The position numbers were made by a program, and so were the translations under genes. A model generated the notes under the pieces. The model did no database searches and was not told where the DNA came from. It saw only the letters and a program-made list of their open reading frames with translations. From a bacterium (lineage in GTDB: Bacteria; Zhuqueibacterota; Zhuqueibacteria; Zhuqueibacterales; Zhuqueibacteraceae): a stretch of 34,481 nucleotides of DNA. Positions 31,501-34,481 of this stretch are shown piece by piece; position 1 is the first letter of the stretch; the number at the start of each line of letters is the position of its first letter. Location of the stretch: positions 1 through 34,481 of the forward strand of contig JBOHQZ010000001.1 of assembly GCA_050732275.1 (NCBI GenBank), written 5' to 3'.

Positions 31501-32891
31501 TTATTGCCGGTAACCGTTAATTGAAACTCGAATAAACCGCGATCCGGCATTTTTACCTGCGCGATACTTTGATTGGCATTGGTAATCGTTACGTTGCTCC
31601 AGTCCGGCTTCAGAGTGTTTTTCCATTGGAAGGATAACGGATTGCCGGTTGAAGGACTTCCATCCAGCATGACGGTTTCTCCCACCTCGGCATAAATAAT
31701 GGACTGTTTAACCTTCGCGACCGGCGCTTGGGGATTGAAGGCGTTGCCGGTGTTTTGATTATCACGGTTGAATTTGGGCCAATTGGAATTTGCCAAGCCT
31801 CTGCTGGCGGAATGAATGGCGTAGAGTTTGCCGTCTTGAGTTCCAACATAAACCGTTCCATCCGGAGCGATGGCCGGCCCGGTAGGTGGCCGAAAAGGAT
31901 GATAATTAATATCGGCGTTCCAGTCTTCTATGCCATTCGGCGAAAAAGCGTAAAGCTTGGAATTGCACCCAACATAAATTTTGCCATCGCTGCCGATAGT
32001 CGGGGTTGAGAAAAAAACATCCATACGTATCGACCACTTTTGTGTGCCAGTTGGATTAATGGCAAAAAAGCTCCCAACATTAGAGCCAACATAAATGGTG
32101 CCGTCGACACCGATGGCAGGTGAGCCTTCAACCCAGCTTCCCAAATTAATCTTCCATTTCAACAAGCCATCCGGTCGCACTGCATGGAGATTATTATCTT
32201 TGCCGCCAAAATAAATCGTGCCGTCGGCGCCGATGGCCGGTGCCGAAGCGACGCCGCTGCTGGTTATTTCATTCAGCCGATAACTCCATTTAAATGTGCC
32301 ATCCGATTGTAGCGCATAAAGAAAGGGATTGTCATAGGCGGCAAGATAAATGGTGCCATCCGGACCGAAGGCTGGCTCTGAGAAAAACCCAAACGCGGCG
32401 TAAGACCATTTGCTTTTCCCGCTTGAATCGAAGGCGTGCAAATACAACTGCGATTGGAGGAGTACCGTCCCATCGCCGGCAATGGCAGGCGTGGAGCCAT
32501 AAAGCGAGCCAACAACTTGCTTCCATTTTAAAGTACCGTTGGGATTGACGGCGTATAACTGGCTGTCTGATGAGGCCACGTAAACCGTGCCGTCGCTGCC
32601 GATGACCGGCGAACCCCAAATTGCATTGCCGGTGCGATAAGTCCATTTGGAAGTTCCATTCGGATTTATCGCATACAAAAAATGATCTTGCGACCCGATA
32701 TAAATCGTTCCATCTTGGGCAAGCGCCGGGGCGCTGTTGATTGCACCGCCCGTACTAAATTGCCATTTGATAGATCCAGGCGTTTGCGCGAATAAGAATA
32801 AATCTCCGACAAGGCCGATTGCTAACCAGACGCCTAAAAACGTAAAATGGCAAAGCCAATGTGCGCGTTTTGTCTCGTAAAATTTTTGCAT
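28575..32891 (-). CDS. giant secreted protein: three PQQ-like (BamB-like) beta-propellers separated by PKD/Ig-like domains, then an FN3-like domain and a T9SS C-terminal sorting domain
   Basis: Dozens of repeats of the form DGTIYVGS.D..LYAI.P.G..KW. Each propeller ends in ...GLA.S.WP(K/T)... There are two Ig-like inserts (PSTGNPLSFQWK; DPDGDPLTYLWR). CTD: NYPNPFNAATTIQYDIPEKSDV...GIYFYRMQAGTYTATQKAVVLK. The ATG at 32891 has GAGGG upstream and gives a normal signal peptide. The track ORF starts 16 codons earlier, at 32939. Confidence 0.9.
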   Translation of the reverse strand: MQKFYETKRAHWLCHFTFLGVWLAIGLVGDLFLFAQTPGSIKWQFSTGGAINSAPALAQDGTIYIGSQDHFLYAINPNGTSKWTYRTGNAIWGSPVIGSDGTVYVASSDSQLYAVNPNGTLKWKQVVGSLYGSTPAIAGDGTVLLQSQLYLHAFDSSGKSKWSYAAFGFFSEPAFGPDGTIYLAAYDNPFLYALQSDGTFKWSYRLNEITSSGVASAPAIGADGTIYFGGKDNNLHAVRPDGLLKWKINLGSWVEGSPAIGVDGTIYVGSNVGSFFAINPTGTQKWSIRMDVFFSTPTIGSDGKIYVGCNSKLYAFSPNGIEDWNADINYHPFRPPTGPAIAPDGTVYVGTQDGKLYAIHSASRGLANSNWPKFNRDNQNTGNAFNPQAPVAKVKQSIIYAEVGETVMLDGSPSTGNPLSFQWKNTLKPDWSNVTITNANQSIAQVKMPDRGLFEFQLTVTGNNNFISVALVKVSCGYREFVPPRHINSNPALGLDETIYVTAADSSLYAINPDMSMRWKFKTDEDLFHPSVGKDGMIIVVGGARKFYAIDTNGTLKWSFTVSRPTPVNKAIDSDGTIYVGVENSLLALNPNGTLKWAFSTKENAITTSPIIGSDGTIFVGTSSRESFLYAISREGKFLWATPANGSPAFAPDGTIYLGAGTDLSAFNIDGTKKWSLQLGRVGGQPIIAMDGTIYCSGDKLYAITPEGKIKSEYVIDHGAGASPALGADGSIYVTSESGRKVYALHPNGATQWLFPFGLSSPVIANDGTLYLSFNSLFAIKTSSLGLAASPWPTSGKDNQRTASVSNPNAPNAAVAKDTLRLAIGEAVVLDASASRDPDGDPLTYLWRCVKKPSEAIVAFSDSTQVVANATLSDLGLYRFSVTVRDNGDGVSVAFVDVYYGLKWIANTLAASNPALGADGTIYAWSRSSGLNAITPNGFQKWSTYVSDNYPSSPALGGDSVIYICANAELLAFDKNGARKWSRYLNGFGSTPAINVYGTVLVGSNQQVLAVNPDGGIKWSYGINSTIKSSPAIGADGKIFIGATDGKLYAITPHGRLAWAFQTGGEIDVPPAIDTDDTIFISARDRKLYAIQPNGKLKWSFVSGGEITSSATVGADGAIHFGANDNNLYALKADGSLKWRYATNGAISAAPLIGADGTIYFGSHDQHFYALAADGSLKWSATIDGKILFSPAIAADGSIYFGTEYGIFYAILSQSKGLADSAWPKFHHDAANTAAAPYFNAAPDIPQLRSTSSPLDNADTTLTIHWFCEDLDADSLSYQIKLWQKINGQLIDERTFAPLDTFHTFTGLKLKTAYAFLVIASDGKAATPSDTIHFTTKLSSPVEEDKRPPVITEFKLHDNYPNPFNAATTIQYDIPEKSDVIITFFNSAGQEIDRIVKKSVEPGTHAILWDASKLGSGIYFYRMQAGTYTATQKAVVLK

Positions 32892-33000
32892 GATGACCCT
32901 CAGCAACTTCGGGCAAAAAATAGTGGTGAATGCAAACATTTTGGCGGCGAGGCAAAATTGATCAACAAGCTCGCAGCTTTGAAAAATTTCCCCAAAGAGC

Positions 33001-34251
33001 TTACTCCAGGAAAGCGCCGCGAGTTTCCGGTAAAAACAAAATGAGGATTGCCCCGGTTAAAAAGAACGCCGAAGTCAGTGCCAACGCGCTGCCAATGCCG
33101 TAAACATCCGCGAGGCCGCCGATGATAAACGGTGCGAGGGCGCTGAACGCGCGACCAGCGTTGTAGGCGAAGCCTTGCCCGGTGGCGCGCACTTGGGTGG
33201 GAAAAAGCTCGGCCAACATCGCGCCGAAGAGCGAGAAGTAGCCGGAGCCGAAGAAGCCGATGAATGGGCCTAATATCATCAGCACGTTTTCGCTGCGCGC
33301 CATTTGGCCGTAAAGCGGAACCAGAATCGCCGCAGTGATGAGATAAAAAATAAATGTTGGCTTCCGGCCAAATCGGTCCGAGATGAAGCCAAACGAGAGA
33401 TAGCCGAAAAACGCCCCGATTTGCATTGGAATGATCCAGCCGGAAGTTTTGACGATGCTCATGCCCGCGCCGCCTTGGGCAAGCGGTTTGGACAAAAATC
33501 CTGGCAGCCAAGTGAAGAGACCCCAATAGGCGAAAAGAACGGTGCTGGTGAGCAACGTGGCAATAAGCGTACGTTTTATTAAATTGGGTTTGAATATGTC
33601 ACTAAGTTTTTCTTTAAAAAATGAAGAGACGCGCAGACCGGCGGTCTGCGTTACTTTCCAGACTTCCGGCTCTGGAACGCGGCGGCGAATCCAAATGGTC
33701 AGCAGAGCAGGGAGGACGCCGACGAGAAACAGCGCGCGCCAGCCGAATCGTGGCAGCACGATGGCAGAAACGAGCGCGGCCAAAATATAGCCAAGCGCCC
33801 AGCCGGATTGCATGATGCCGATGGCCTTGCCGCGATGCTCCGCGGGCCAGGTTTCTGAGACCAGCACCGAGCCGGAGGACCATTCGCCGCCCATGCCGAG
33901 TCCGAGCAAGCTGCGCCATAAAACCAGTTGCAGTAGGCTCTGGGCAGTGGCAGCTCCCGCGGAGCAAAAGGAATAAATCAAAATGGTGGTGATAAGCGCT
34001 TTGGTGCGGCCAATGTAATCTGCAATCACGCCGAAGAGAATGCCGCCAATTGCAGAGGCCAACAAAGTAACCGAGGCCAAACCTCCAGCGATGGCCGAAT
34101 CAAAATGAAATTCTTTTTGAATGGTGGTGAGCGCAAAAGTGTACAGCAACACGTCCATCGCGTCGAGCATCCAACCGGCTTGCGCGGCGAAGAGCGTGCG
34201 CCACTGGGTGGGGGTGATGGTGCGAGACCACTGCGGGCGGAAGTGGATCAT
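33001..34251 (-). CDS. MFS transporter (metabolite:H+ symporter-like)
   Basis: 416 aa and about 12 TM helices. MFS motif A in loop 2-3 (GVIADYIGRTKA). The profile is typical of the MFS_1/sugar_tr type. Confidence 0.85.
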   Translation of the reverse strand: MIHFRPQWSRTITPTQWRTLFAAQAGWMLDAMDVLLYTFALTTIQKEFHFDSAIAGGLASVTLLASAIGGILFGVIADYIGRTKALITTILIYSFCSAGAATAQSLLQLVLWRSLLGLGMGGEWSSGSVLVSETWPAEHRGKAIGIMQSGWALGYILAALVSAIVLPRFGWRALFLVGVLPALLTIWIRRRVPEPEVWKVTQTAGLRVSSFFKEKLSDIFKPNLIKRTLIATLLTSTVLFAYWGLFTWLPGFLSKPLAQGGAGMSIVKTSGWIIPMQIGAFFGYLSFGFISDRFGRKPTFIFYLITAAILVPLYGQMARSENVLMILGPFIGFFGSGYFSLFGAMLAELFPTQVRATGQGFAYNAGRAFSALAPFIIGGLADVYGIGSALALTSAFFLTGAILILFLPETRGAFLE

Positions 34252-34319
34252 CAGGACTCTTTGAAGGTTTCGAGCATGGACAATGCGGACGATCGGCTCT
34301 TCGCGGATTAAAACAATAA

Positions 34320-34374
34320 GGATTTTATTGAAGAAATCAGTGATTGGGGGCTTCGATCGACTTCAATAAAATCC
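34320..34374 (-). terminator. perfect 14-bp inverted repeat spanning the stop codon of the partial upstream gene
   Basis: GGATTTTATTGAAG (34320-34333) pairs with CTTCAATAAAATCC (34361-34374). On the minus strand, TTATTGTTTTAAT follows. Confidence 0.45.
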
Positions 34375-34481
34375 CCAACCGCGCTGCCCACGGCGCGAGA
34401 TCAAAATTTTGCGGATCGTCGTGCGCATCTGGAATGCCGGTATCCAAAGCCGCATGAAAAGCGGGAATCATCCAATGGCCG
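34337..34481 (-). CDS. 3' end of an unidentified gene (partial, continues beyond the window)
   Basis: The frame is open from the window edge: ...GHWMIPAFHAALDTGIPDAHDDPQNFDLAPWAARLGILLKSIEAPNH*. It is only 48 codons, so this is weak. Confidence 0.3.
   Translation of the reverse strand, partial: GHWMIPAFHAALDTGIPDAHDDPQNFDLAPWAARLGILLKSIEAPNH

Overview
This 34.5 kb window looks like chromosomal DNA from an uncultured-type Gram-negative bacterium. Three proteins end in T9SS type-A C-terminal sorting domains, which suggests an FCB-superphylum-like lineage. Many starts carry GGAGG/AGGAG Shine-Dalgarno sites. I found no rRNA, tRNA, CRISPR array, transposase or integrase.

Gene content, left to right:
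- A cluster of envelope proteins: a Gly-rich membrane-anchored protein, a TPR lipoprotein, a secreted hypothetical and a PEGA lipoprotein.
- An S9 prolyl-oligopeptidase/DPP-IV-like peptidase, convergent with a Ser/Thr kinase fused to a TolB-like (PD40) propeller.
- A UmuC-like Y-family DNA polymerase, divergent from a HigB(Gp49)/HigA(XRE) toxin-antitoxin pair.
- Two visibly decayed genes: an internally deleted esterase with a T9SS tail, and an amidohydrolase with an out-of-frame 3' deletion.
- SRPBCC, class-A beta-lactamase-like serine hydrolase, NUDIX, a 6-TM membrane protein, an intact amidohydrolase paralog and a lipoprotein.
- A surface-protein island. It holds a 1508-aa protein with four parallel beta-helix modules, a lipoprotein with a poly(Ala-Asp-Asp) tail, a membrane protein with a Cys-less rhodanese domain, and a roughly 1440-aa protein with three PQQ-like propellers.
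- An MFS transporter.

Observations most worth a second look:
1. A frameshifted 3' remnant of a second MFS gene lies immediately downstream of the PQQ giant and mirrors the intact MFS gene upstream of it. This looks like a rearrangement scar.
2. A dispersed CCAACGGAT/ATCCGTTGG palindromic repeat family occurs at three or more intergenic loci. One copy is bounded by 17-bp inverted repeats and supplies the last codons of a gene.
3. An orphan 28-bp hairpin sits in a divergent promoter region.
4. Twin palindromes show a compensatory substitution.
5. Two adjacent genes next to the TA module carry internal deletions.

All homology calls rest on motif recognition by eye. No searches were run. I saw no complete, clearly novel multi-gene system. 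The candidates below are hypotheses.
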